The notes below the pieces were generated by a model. That model made no database searches and was not told the origin of the DNA. It worked only from the letters and a program-made list of their open reading frames with translations. DNA of 64,000 nt from Deferribacterales bacterium (lineage in GTDB: Bacteria; Chrysiogenota; Deferribacteres; Deferribacterales; Geovibrionaceae). This document shows, one piece after another, positions 46,024 to 54,975 of this stretch. Made by a program: the position numbers and the translations under genes. The first letter of the stretch is position 1, and each line of letters starts with the position of its first letter. Location: positions 32,001 to 96,000 of the forward strand of contig JBFWMA010000001.1 in NCBI GenBank assembly GCA_050251875.1. The letters run 5' to 3'.

Positions 46024-46273
46024 CCGCAGGAAGCGGCTCACGGAGCAGATTTTCTGCGTAGTGTGAGCGGAACATGAATTTATTTCATGTGGAGCGTTAG
46101 CATAAAAAGTTCAGGACGAACTTTTTATGTATGTGTAGTCAGGGATTGGTTGGATAAAAACAGCTAGCCGCAGGAAGCGGCTCACGGAGCAGATTTTCTG
46201 CGTAGTGTGAGCGGAACATGAATTTATTTCATGTGGAGCGTTAGCATAAAATGTTCAGGACGAACTTTTTATG
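45995..46273 (+). repeat. 135-bp tandem duplication (45995-46129 and 46139-46273) containing GGA-loop element copies C and D
   Basis: The two copies differ at one base (cataaaaagt vs cataaaatgt), with a period of 144 bp. Confidence 0.95.
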
Positions 46274-47457
46274 ACGTATGATATGATTTTTTCAGCGGTT
46301 GAATCCCATGAGAAATATTTAGCGGCCAGCTCAGCCCCGGCGTCTATTCTGCGCTGATATTCCCCGCTGTCGGCGATCACGCTGTTCAGCTTCTCCAGAT
46401 ATTCGGCACTGCCGAACTCCGCCTCGATTATGATATCCGCCAGTTCAGGATATTCTTTAACCAGCTTAGGTACGGGTGTTGTCACCAGCAGAGAACCGGA
46501 CATCAGCGCGGATGTTATTCTGTCGTGGACACGCAGATGCTTCGGGGTGATGTTCAGACTGACCCCGGTCTGCGCTATCATGTTGATGTATGAATCGTAT
46601 ATGAGCGAGCCGATGTACTGCATACTGCCTGCGCCCTGGCACAGTTCCGCCATCTTTTCGTCTCCCGCCATCAGGCACGGGATGTTGGTCTGCTTAAATT
46701 GACCCAGAATAACCTCTCTGGCGAGACATTCATAAAACCTTTCAATACAGGCAAAACTTTCAGACATCTGCGTGTTGTATTTCACTTCGCTGTCAAAAAG
46801 TCCGTTCTTGGTATTGGTCTGATAAAATTCTGTCAGGAGGTTTTGTTTAAGAAATTTCTTTTCGGTGCTGATCCGTTCGTAAATGCTCTGGCAATAGTTT
46901 AGCGTCGCTCTTTTCTGTTCCGGCGTGAGCCCGGGCAGAGAGGCTATTTTTTCCGCTTCGTCAGAAGCCCTGCCCACAGATCCGGCAAACAGCAGTCTTT
47001 TCGCCTTACAGTCCGGATGCTGGAGGTGCGGTTTTCTCAGCGATGCTGGACATCCGTATAATATCTCCTCGCATCGGGTTATTCCGGCGTCTGTCAGGAC
47101 GTCTTTGTTGTCTATGGTTATCACGTTCAGATATCTGCTGTCGAAGTTGATTGATTTACTGGTGAGCCAGAGGAAGGGGTTGTCCACAAGATAAACATAG
47201 TGGGGTATCTGAAAAGCATCGTAAACGGTCGTCATGGTGCCGTCTTTGTTCAGATACTGCGGGAACATCTGGTTGATGCTGAAGGTCCAGTCGGGGCGAA
47301 ACCTGTCTATGATGCTTCCGCCCTCTTTCTGTGTGAACCGGCTGCCCTCCAGAACCATACATTCCACACCGAGCCTTTCGAAGGAGAGACGAAGCTCGTT
47401 TATGAAATTATGTACCCAGTTTACGTTGCTGGGGCTGGAGAACAGTATGGCTTTCAT
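46255..47457 (-). CDS. Glycosyltransferase, CgeB/Glyco_trans_1_2-like
   Basis: YLVDNP, LFAGS, SLNITP...HDRI..ALMSG, FSWD. Confidence 0.7.
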   Translation of the reverse strand: MKAILFSSPSNVNWVHNFINELRLSFERLGVECMVLEGSRFTQKEGGSIIDRFRPDWTFSINQMFPQYLNKDGTMTTVYDAFQIPHYVYLVDNPFLWLTSKSINFDSRYLNVITIDNKDVLTDAGITRCEEILYGCPASLRKPHLQHPDCKAKRLLFAGSVGRASDEAEKIASLPGLTPEQKRATLNYCQSIYERISTEKKFLKQNLLTEFYQTNTKNGLFDSEVKYNTQMSESFACIERFYECLAREVILGQFKQTNIPCLMAGDEKMAELCQGAGSMQYIGSLIYDSYINMIAQTGVSLNITPKHLRVHDRITSALMSGSLLVTTPVPKLVKEYPELADIIIEAEFGSAEYLEKLNSVIADSGEYQRRIDAGAELAAKYFSWDSTAEKIISYVIKSSS

Positions 47458-47465
47458 AAGCCTTC

Positions 47466-48356
47466 CTATTTTTTAAAGAGGCTGAAGTAATCCACCCTCT
47501 CGAAAACTTCCAGCTTGCCGCCGGCTGTGGCGTTTCTTATCTTTCCGCCCGCTTTTTCGAAGAACTTTCCGGCTTTGGCATATCCCTGCTCCATCCTGTC
47601 TACCATAGGGTCGTGCCACCTTTTTCCCTTGCCGAAATAGTCCGGGTGGAAGTGGTTGGGGTCGTCACCCGTGGATGTAATCTTGAGCCCTTCCACATCG
47701 GCGTCCTCCGGGATGACATAGTGGTGGTCGAAACCGATGAGGTAAAGCTCTCTGATGCCGAGATAATACGCCAGCTGCATACAGACATATGTTACTGATC
47801 CGCCTGTGAAAACCTGTCTGGCGGCGTTGGTGGAGAAATAGGGAAAGTCGGGATAGTTGTCGTATCTCATGCGGACGTTGAGCCAGTTGGTACATTCGTC
47901 CGGTTTCAGACAGTAGCGCAGATAGTTCCCGAACCATTTCTGCGTTCCTTTCAGCCTGTTTATCTCGTCCGCTCTGTCCTCCGCCACGAAGTTATCCTCC
48001 ACAACGTAGTGAGTGGGCAGAAATCCCATCTTTTCATAGTTCAGATAGATGCTGTTGACGCCGATTGTCACTTCGTCTTTCAGCAGAGTCAGGTCCAGTT
48101 TGTTCAGGCTGGGTCCGTTGCCTATCAGAAAGGCTCTTTTGCCTTTGCAGGTGTTGCGGTATTTTATAATGTTGGCGTGGTTTTCTGTCAGAGGAATCCC
48201 TCTGCCTGCCATCTTATAGCCGAAAGTCTCTACCACCAGCTCCATAGCGCTGGAATCGTATTTATCCTTGTACGGTCTGGTGTAGCCGTCTATCAGCTTT
48301 GAGCGTATTTTTCTGTATGCCTTGTAGGGCAGTGAATTCTTGATGGCATCGTTCAT
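47466..48356 (-). CDS. DUF115/MAF_flag10-like (sialyltransferase-fold) protein
   Basis: RAFLIGNGPSL, TIGVN, SVT...MQLAYYLG..E.YLIGFDH, NHFHPDYF, NAT.GG.LEVF. Confidence 0.8.
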   Translation of the reverse strand: MNDAIKNSLPYKAYRKIRSKLIDGYTRPYKDKYDSSAMELVVETFGYKMAGRGIPLTENHANIIKYRNTCKGKRAFLIGNGPSLNKLDLTLLKDEVTIGVNSIYLNYEKMGFLPTHYVVEDNFVAEDRADEINRLKGTQKWFGNYLRYCLKPDECTNWLNVRMRYDNYPDFPYFSTNAARQVFTGGSVTYVCMQLAYYLGIRELYLIGFDHHYVIPEDADVEGLKITSTGDDPNHFHPDYFGKGKRWHDPMVDRMEQGYAKAGKFFEKAGGKIRNATAGGKLEVFERVDYFSLFKK

Positions 48357-49559
48357 TTAATCACCTTTCATTTCACGATATATCTTTTCATAGTTCGCTG
48401 TCATGGTCTCTTCGCCGAATTTTTCGGTGACGAAATCACGGCAGTTTTTCTGTATGTCTTTTATCTCTTCTCTGTGAGTGTACAGGTATTTGATCTTTTC
48501 CGCCAGCTCACCGGGGTTCATCGGGTCAAAAAGCCATCCGGTACGTCCCTCTATAACCATCTCCGGCACTCCGCCGTTGTGTGAGCCCAGAACCGGCGTG
48601 GCGCATGCCAGCGATTCGAGAACTGTGTTGGGCAGGTTGTCTATGATGGACGGGATGCAGAACACATCGGCGCAGCTGTAATATCTGCTGAGGGCGTCTG
48701 TGCCTGTGACGGAGCCTTTCAGAACCAGTCTGGGGTCAGACCTGTCCGTTTTGGCTGTGCTGCCTATCACCACCGCCTGCATATCGAGCTCCGGTATCAT
48801 ATTCAATGCCTGAATAACGGCGTCCACGTTTTTGCGTTTCCACGCTCCCGTGCCAGCCAGAAACAGCAGGGTGAATTTATCCGGATCAATACCCACATAT
48901 TCGCAGGCTTCCGCCTTTTCCACGGGATACATAGCGTCCAGAGGGATTCCGTTGTTTACGGTTTTTACGGGTTTTCTGCCTTTCGTTATCTTTTCAGCCA
49001 GACCGGACAGCCAGTCGGACGGCGGGGTGAATATCACCTTCGCCTGTTGACTGTTCAGCAGGTCGTCAGGGTTATAGAGCTTTCTGCGCCACGCCGCCAC
49101 AGGGCAGTATGTCACATCTTCGCCGTCCAGCGCCGTTATCCTGTAGTTATATCCGTACAGGGCGAACTGGTCGTGCATGGTCCACACCACGGGAAACAGC
49201 TCAGCCAGCCTGGCTATCTGTTTCTGGGTGAAGTAGCAGTTGTGCAGGTGGATTATGTCCGGGTTATACTGTTTCACCCGGCTTAAAAACACGGAGAAGA
49301 TCAGATTACGGTATGTCTCTCCCCGGGTGAATTTCGCTATGAGCCGGGCGGATTTGTATATCGCTTTCTTGGCGAAGGAATAGGTTCGTCCCAGATGCCA
49401 GGGGCGTATTCCGGTGTTTTTGTAGAGTGAGTAATCATTTTTCTGGTTTTCGAAAACGTACATGACCTCATGGCTTTTCGCCATGCCCGCCGCCAGTCTG
49501 TAGGCGGCGATGGACGCTCCGCATCCGTAGTCGTTTTCGCTGTATATCAGCAGTCTCAA
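48357..49559 (-). CDS. Glycosyltransferase family 4 (WcaC-like)
   Basis: GASIAAYRL, HLHN, WTMHD, PS.W, DNLPNTVLESLAC.TPV. Confidence 0.9.
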   Translation of the reverse strand: MRLLIYSENDYGCGASIAAYRLAAGMAKSHEVMYVFENQKNDYSLYKNTGIRPWHLGRTYSFAKKAIYKSARLIAKFTRGETYRNLIFSVFLSRVKQYNPDIIHLHNCYFTQKQIARLAELFPVVWTMHDQFALYGYNYRITALDGEDVTYCPVAAWRRKLYNPDDLLNSQQAKVIFTPPSDWLSGLAEKITKGRKPVKTVNNGIPLDAMYPVEKAEACEYVGIDPDKFTLLFLAGTGAWKRKNVDAVIQALNMIPELDMQAVVIGSTAKTDRSDPRLVLKGSVTGTDALSRYYSCADVFCIPSIIDNLPNTVLESLACATPVLGSHNGGVPEMVIEGRTGWLFDPMNPGELAEKIKYLYTHREEIKDIQKNCRDFVTEKFGEETMTANYEKIYREMKGD

Positions 49560-50842
49560 CGCAGGTACCTCTTGCGGTATTTTTCAAAGACCGCCCGTAT
49601 AGATTTGAATTTATTTATCTTAACCGAGATGCTTGTATATGGCGTTTTGAAATATTCGTCAAGTGTATGCATCAGTTCGGAGATAACTTTTTTTTCGGTG
49701 TCCAGCCACTTGGAGGTTTTCAGAAAATTTTCCTTTTCCGATTTGTGCCAGCGGGCGTATTTTTCCGCCTCTCTCTTCTCGTGCTCGTGCCAGCGGTGGA
49801 CGTTGCCCAGCTCCTCTTTGGCGTTGTTCAGCCCCCTGCGGAAGCTGTCTATGCCGTCTTTCAGAAACTCACGGCAGTAAACCAGCTTTTCCAGATATTC
49901 CATAATGGCTGTATAGTTGCCGGAGCAGTCCGCCCTTTCATCCTTGCCGGAGAGGATGAACACAGCCTCCACAGCCTCGCTGATGAACAGAGGTCTGAAT
50001 CCGCCCAGCGCCATTATGTTCTGAAGAGATACGGAATTAAAATTATGTATGTGGGCGTGGGTCAGATATTCCAGAAAGTCGAAGTTATAGGTGTTGATAG
50101 CGTGTATGTTCATAAGACCGGGGACTTCTATGTAGAGCAGTCCGTCCGGTTTCAGCAGTTTTTTCAGTTTTTCTGTCTCTGCCAGCGGTTCTGTTAAATG
50201 CTCGAACACATGGCTGAGTATCACTATGTCGAATGTTTTTCCGGCGGCGAGCATGGTGTCGGCGTCACCGTATACGGCGTTGATCCCCTTGTCCTCACAT
50301 TCGCTCAGACAGTCGGAGCTGTATTCCGTGGCGGTCTCAGTCACGTTGATGTTGTGGAGCGCCGCCTCCTGCTTCAGCTCATAGAGCACGTTTCCTGTTC
50401 CGGCGCCTATCTCCAGCACGTCCAGAGTTTTTCTGCCGTTCAGAAATTTTTGCAGGAGCTGAAAAATCTTTTTGCCCTGTCCCAGCTTGAACAGCGCCTG
50501 CTGTTCGTGCATGTGCAGATGTCCGTAGTTCAGAGCGTGATAATATTTTTCGTAATATTCCGCCAGCGATTCTCTGGCGAGGGATGGGCTGGTAAGCACA
50601 AGCCCGCAGTCACGGCATATCAGAGAGCCGAACGGCAGCCCGAAGCGGTCTGTCTCCGTCAGTTTTTCCAGTGAGTGAGCCCCGCAGGGACATAGGGTGA
50701 TCTCACGGGTTTTGATGCCGCCGCTGTCCAGAGACAGCAGAAACTGCTGTTTTTTCTCCGCCGCAGTGGGGTTCAGGCGTCTGGGAACACGGTTTTTTTC
50801 GAGAAGCAGGTCTCTGAACTGAGGAAAATTGACTTCACTCAT
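49556..50842 (-). CDS. Class I SAM-dependent methyltransferase with C-terminal coiled coil
   Basis: CPC..CRDCGL, VLEIGAGTG, SHVFEH, LYIEVP, and a helical charged C-terminus. Confidence 0.85.
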   Translation of the reverse strand: MSEVNFPQFRDLLLEKNRVPRRLNPTAAEKKQQFLLSLDSGGIKTREITLCPCGAHSLEKLTETDRFGLPFGSLICRDCGLVLTSPSLARESLAEYYEKYYHALNYGHLHMHEQQALFKLGQGKKIFQLLQKFLNGRKTLDVLEIGAGTGNVLYELKQEAALHNINVTETATEYSSDCLSECEDKGINAVYGDADTMLAAGKTFDIVILSHVFEHLTEPLAETEKLKKLLKPDGLLYIEVPGLMNIHAINTYNFDFLEYLTHAHIHNFNSVSLQNIMALGGFRPLFISEAVEAVFILSGKDERADCSGNYTAIMEYLEKLVYCREFLKDGIDSFRRGLNNAKEELGNVHRWHEHEKREAEKYARWHKSEKENFLKTSKWLDTEKKVISELMHTLDEYFKTPYTSISVKINKFKSIRAVFEKYRKRYLR

Positions 50843-52007
50843 ATGTCTCCCACGTCTGCGGAGGTGTCACGAATCCGAAAACACGCTCCTGCGGCATTAC
50901 AGAAAAATTTGGGTTCAGGTCTCGGTACAGAAACTCGCTGCCGTCCACCACCGCCATGACAGATATGTAGCTGTCGGGGTTGAAGATACACGGAGCGGTG
51001 AGACTGCCTCTGATTATATTACTTTCACCGGAAAATGCAAATTTTGCGTGATCGGTGTTGAATGATGTTATCAGCGTTCCGGTGGAGTTGTATACGGGCA
51101 GACCGATTATCAGGTTTTTCGGGGTGAAGAGCAGACGGAACGAAAAATCGAACCGGATGGTGTCGCCCAGCCTGTATGTATCCTTGTCGAATGTATGGGA
51201 TATGTCGGTTATTTTATCATTGTTGCGGAAGATATCGCCGTAAAAAGGTTTCTGCGGGATGAACGCCTTAGGTGTTTCCTGCGAGCTGAGATATAGCTCT
51301 ATCGCCTCTTCCCTGTCGCCGCAGAAAATGGCTCTGCCTTTGTTCAGCACCAGTACCCTGTCGCAGAACATACGCACATCGTTCATGGAGTGGGACACGA
51401 ATATCACGGACATTCCATCTCGCATGGAGTTGATCTTGGACAGGCATTTCTGGCGGAATACGAAATCGCCCACAGCCAGCACCTCGTCCAGAATAAGAAT
51501 ATCCGGCTCCACAGATGTGGCTATGGCGAACCCCAGACGGGATTTCATGCCGCTGCTGTATGTTTTTACGGGCTGATTGATATGCTCGCTCAGCTCGGCG
51601 AAATTGACTGTCTCTTCGGTCTTTTTCTGGATATCAGCGCCGGAGAATCCGTTGATTTTCAGGTTCAGCCGGATGTTTTCCATCCCGGTCAGCTCCGGTT
51701 TCAGACCGGATGTTACTTCCAGAATGGCGGCTATGCGCCCGCGTTTTGTCACTGTGCCGGAGGTGGGCTGGATGACTCCCGCTATTATCTTCAGCAGGGT
51801 GGATTTGCCGTGACCGTTGCGCCCGATGATGCCCAGTGTCTCGCCCCGTTTCAGCTCCAGCGACACATCGCTGAGCGCTCTGAACTGTTTGTGGCGTTCT
51901 CTGCCTGTTATGCTGAAAACCTCTTTCACCCTGTCGAAGGGGTTGTCGTAGAGGTTGTATATTTTAGATAGTTTATCCGCCTTTACCACTGTTTCGCCGG
52001 ACATCAC
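50835..52007 (-). CDS. wzt: Polysaccharide ABC transporter ATP-binding subunit with C-terminal carbohydrate-binding domain
   Basis: GRNGHGKST, YSSGM..RLGFA, ILDEVLAVGD..F..K, VSH, and a C-terminal extension. Confidence 0.93.
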   Translation of the reverse strand: MMSGETVVKADKLSKIYNLYDNPFDRVKEVFSITGRERHKQFRALSDVSLELKRGETLGIIGRNGHGKSTLLKIIAGVIQPTSGTVTKRGRIAAILEVTSGLKPELTGMENIRLNLKINGFSGADIQKKTEETVNFAELSEHINQPVKTYSSGMKSRLGFAIATSVEPDILILDEVLAVGDFVFRQKCLSKINSMRDGMSVIFVSHSMNDVRMFCDRVLVLNKGRAIFCGDREEAIELYLSSQETPKAFIPQKPFYGDIFRNNDKITDISHTFDKDTYRLGDTIRFDFSFRLLFTPKNLIIGLPVYNSTGTLITSFNTDHAKFAFSGESNIIRGSLTAPCIFNPDSYISVMAVVDGSEFLYRDLNPNFSVMPQERVFGFVTPPQTWETYE

Positions 52008-52816
52008 AGCACCTCGGCGAAGTGGGGGCGCAGTTTTTTGAAAGCGATGACGCCCGACAGCAGAAAGAAGAGACTGACGCAGACGAATATCGCCAGAGGA
52101 TATATGTCATGAAAGAACCACTGCCCGCTGATGAAAACATTGCGGTAGCCCTCCACTACATATACCATGGGGTTGAGGTACAAAAAAATTCTGTATTTTT
52201 CCGGAACGGATGAAGCGTTCCAGAATATGGGAGTTACCCAGAAACCCGTCTGGAGCACCACCTGAATTATCTGACTCATGTCCTTGGTAAAGACTCTGAC
52301 GGCGCCTGTCAGCCAGCCGATGCCCAGCGTCAGCACAAAGACGCAGGAGAGATAAAACGGTATCTGAATCCAGTATATGGTGGGGTAGAAACCCTTAAAG
52401 ACTGCTATGACGGCTATGATAGCCAGAAAAACCAGATGCAGGTAAAATGACGAGATGATCTTTACCAGCGGAAGGATGCTGACACGGAAATCGACTTTCT
52501 TTACCAGATGTCGGTTGTTCACCACGGAGTTCATCCCGCCGTTAACACAGTCGGCGAAGAAGACCCATGGGGCGTATCCGCATATCAGATAGAGTATGAA
52601 GGGGACTTTTGCGTCCGGCTGTCTCTTAAACCCCACGGTGAAGACCAGCCATATCGTCAGAACAAAAATGACGGGGCGCAGAACAGCCCACAGCATGCCC
52701 AGATATGACCCCAGATACTGCTGGCGGAAATCGTCCGCAGACAGGGTATAGATCAGGCTTTTTTCTCTGTAGATGTTCAGGGCGAACTGAGCCGCCTCTT
52801 TCAAAACGTTCATCAT
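52004..52816 (-). CDS. wzm: Polysaccharide ABC transporter permease
   Basis: Y.GSYLG.LWA.L.P, L.KKV.F, FW.TPI.W, LNP...VEGYR. Confidence 0.93.
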   Translation of the reverse strand: MMNVLKEAAQFALNIYREKSLIYTLSADDFRQQYLGSYLGMLWAVLRPVIFVLTIWLVFTVGFKRQPDAKVPFILYLICGYAPWVFFADCVNGGMNSVVNNRHLVKKVDFRVSILPLVKIISSFYLHLVFLAIIAVIAVFKGFYPTIYWIQIPFYLSCVFVLTLGIGWLTGAVRVFTKDMSQIIQVVLQTGFWVTPIFWNASSVPEKYRIFLYLNPMVYVVEGYRNVFISGQWFFHDIYPLAIFVCVSLFFLLSGVIAFKKLRPHFAEVL

Positions 52817-53445
52817 ATAATGTATTTATCGGCGAAATCGCCGTAATCTGTTATGTAGTAGTCGGATACTTTTATCAGTTTTTCGTTGTTATACCCGCAG
52901 AAGATAATCCCGTTGTCTCTGGCAGCCGCCATGTCGTTTTTGGAATCGCCGATGAGAATTACCCTTTCTCTGGAGTATCCGCCGTCTGCGATTATGGTGT
53001 TCACGTTCGCCGTTTTGTCCGCCGGAGAGCCGTATACGTCTGAGAAATATTCCGCCAGCCCCAGCTCCCTCACCAGAGTTCTCAGCTCATTCTGTTCTGT
53101 GCCGGAGGCAACGTGCATGGGCAGTATTTTATAATATTTTCTGATGAAATCCAGCGTATCAGGTATGAGATAATCGGGATTGGTAAGCTCCCTGAGCATC
53201 ATCTCGGAAAACTCGGCGGCGTAGCGCATGATTATCTCGTCTGATACAGGCTGACGCAGGATTGTCTCGAACATATATCGTATCTTGACGAAGCGGGAGA
53301 GCCCGCCGTTGTCCTTGTGATAGGCTATCAGACAGTCCACAGCCTCTGCCGGAAATCCTGTGAAGAGTTCCCGGAATCCGTTGTCTTTTATCTTTTCGGA
53401 GTCGAGAACCACTCCGTCAAAGTCGAAAATAATCGCCTGTGTCAT
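52813..53445 (-). CDS. HAD-family hydrolase (phosphatase)
   Basis: FDFDGV..DS, ASG, K, IGDSKND. Confidence 0.9.
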   Translation of the reverse strand: MTQAIIFDFDGVVLDSEKIKDNGFRELFTGFPAEAVDCLIAYHKDNGGLSRFVKIRYMFETILRQPVSDEIIMRYAAEFSEMMLRELTNPDYLIPDTLDFIRKYYKILPMHVASGTEQNELRTLVRELGLAEYFSDVYGSPADKTANVNTIIADGGYSRERVILIGDSKNDMAAARDNGIIFCGYNNEKLIKVSDYYITDYGDFADKYII

Positions 53446-54092
53446 AGCTCACCTATGACAGTGCAGGGCAGTCCGTCCGCTCCGTCCACCCGCAGAGGAG
53501 AGACGATCAGGCGTGTGACCGATCTGTAATCTTTGTCTGTGAGGTTCATGTCCTCCAGCAGGATTATGGGGTTTTCGGGGTTCAGAAACGCCTTGTGCGC
53601 CTTGCGCCCTTCCGGTCTGTCGGCGAAGCTGGACACGGATACGCTGTCGAACCCGAAGAGTCGCACGTTCCTGAAATTATCTCTGATACAGTGCGCTACA
53701 TCCTCGTGAAAACCGGGGTTTTTCATTAGCTGACTGTTGTCGTCTCTGTCGAATCCGGTGTTTACTATTATGCAGTCGGCATCTTTATCCATATTGATAA
53801 GCAGGCTTATCAATTCGTCTTTAATCACGTTGCTTTCGGGGGTGAGGTCTATGAAAAGCGGCTTTTCAAAAAACCAGAAATCCGCCGGGAAATCGGCGAT
53901 TGTCTGCCCGTTTTCGAAAAAATGACATGGCATGTCCACATGAGTTCCTGTGTGCAGGCTCATGGACAGATGGGTATGGTTAGCGGGATCGCCCTTAGAC
54001 ATGTCCGCTGATTTTGTCAGCTCAGTCACGTTTTTCGCGCCGTATGAGGGCGTGCGGCTGTTCAGCGTGTGAGAGAGGTAAATCCTTTTAAT
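53442..54092 (-). CDS. Cyclase family (kynurenine-formamidase-like) metal hydrolase; probable ATT start
   Basis: HTGTHVD.P.HF, G.D..S, H..FL, LLEDM, PL....DG.P. The family N-terminus IYLSHTL...TPSYG lies upstream of the GTG at 54029. Confidence 0.85.
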   Translation of the reverse strand: MKRIYLSHTLNSRTPSYGAKNVTELTKSADMSKGDPANHTHLSMSLHTGTHVDMPCHFFENGQTIADFPADFWFFEKPLFIDLTPESNVIKDELISLLINMDKDADCIIVNTGFDRDDNSQLMKNPGFHEDVAHCIRDNFRNVRLFGFDSVSVSSFADRPEGRKAHKAFLNPENPIILLEDMNLTDKDYRSVTRLIVSPLRVDGADGLPCTVIGEL

Positions 54093-54975
54093 CTTCTTCT
54101 CCCTGAGAGTGTATCTCCTTGATGCAGTCCAGAATCCCCTGACCCATGTCTATGTACGGGTTTGGCACCAGCTTTTTGCATACGCTGGGGTGAAAGGAAT
54201 AGGGGGTTATCTTGTAATGGTGGTCGTTCAGCTCGTGGTTGAGCTTTATATCCACCTCGTTGTTCAGTATCTCTTTGATCATGATGAAGAGTTCCACACG
54301 CTTCATCCGTTCTATGCCTGTGAGGATTATATGCTCGTTGGCGTATTTTTCGCTTTCGATGATGTCCGCTGACATAACGGCGGCGTCCTGAGCGTGGATA
54401 TACTCACGAACCTCCTGACCGTCTCTGTCGTGGACTATCTTTTTATCAGTTATGGCGCTTTTCAGCACGGAGTAGAGATAGTTGTTCTCATACGCCCGCT
54501 CGCCGTATACGGAACCGTAGCGTATGATGGTGAATTTCAGCCCGTATGCCCTGAAATATTCTTCGGTCAGCTTTTCAGACGCCAGCTTGCTCACGCCGTA
54601 GAATGATCCCTTGTCGCTCAGGGCGTATGCGCTGGACGCGTATACATAGCGGTCGATGTTCTTGTCCCGGCATCCTTCCAGAATGTTCAGGTTGCCCATT
54701 ATATTGGATTCGATGGTCTCCACGGGCATGGATACAGCCTTGTCCAGATTCGCCATTCCGGCGAAGTTATATACATATGAGATATCGTCAGTGATGAGCT
54801 CGCTTACTTTCTGTCTGTCCAGTATGTCGCAGGGGACGAAGACGCATTTCTTCGGCAGATATTCGGACATGCGGATGTCCGCCACGGTGACTCCGTAGCC
54901 TCTTTTTATCAGCTCTTCCGCCACATAACAGCCGAGGAAGCCGGAACCTCCGAATATGACGACATTTTTACTCAT
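54088..54975 (-). CDS. NAD-dependent epimerase/dehydratase (extended SDR)
   Basis: GGSGFLG, YASS, YGVSK (YxxxK), RYGSVYG, REYIH..D. Confidence 0.92.
   Translation of the reverse strand: MSKNVVIFGGSGFLGCYVAEELIKRGYGVTVADIRMSEYLPKKCVFVPCDILDRQKVSELITDDISYVYNFAGMANLDKAVSMPVETIESNIMGNLNILEGCRDKNIDRYVYASSAYALSDKGSFYGVSKLASEKLTEEYFRAYGLKFTIIRYGSVYGERAYENNYLYSVLKSAITDKKIVHDRDGQEVREYIHAQDAAVMSADIIESEKYANEHIILTGIERMKRVELFIMIKEILNNEVDIKLNHELNDHHYKITPYSFHPSVCKKLVPNPYIDMGQGILDCIKEIHSQGEED

Noticed and set aside
45995..46273. CRISPR array, given the repeats and a Cas2-like ORF about 2 kb away
   Set aside because: Only two 135-bp units with a 9-nt gap, no repeat-spacer pattern, and no cas1 or other cas genes.
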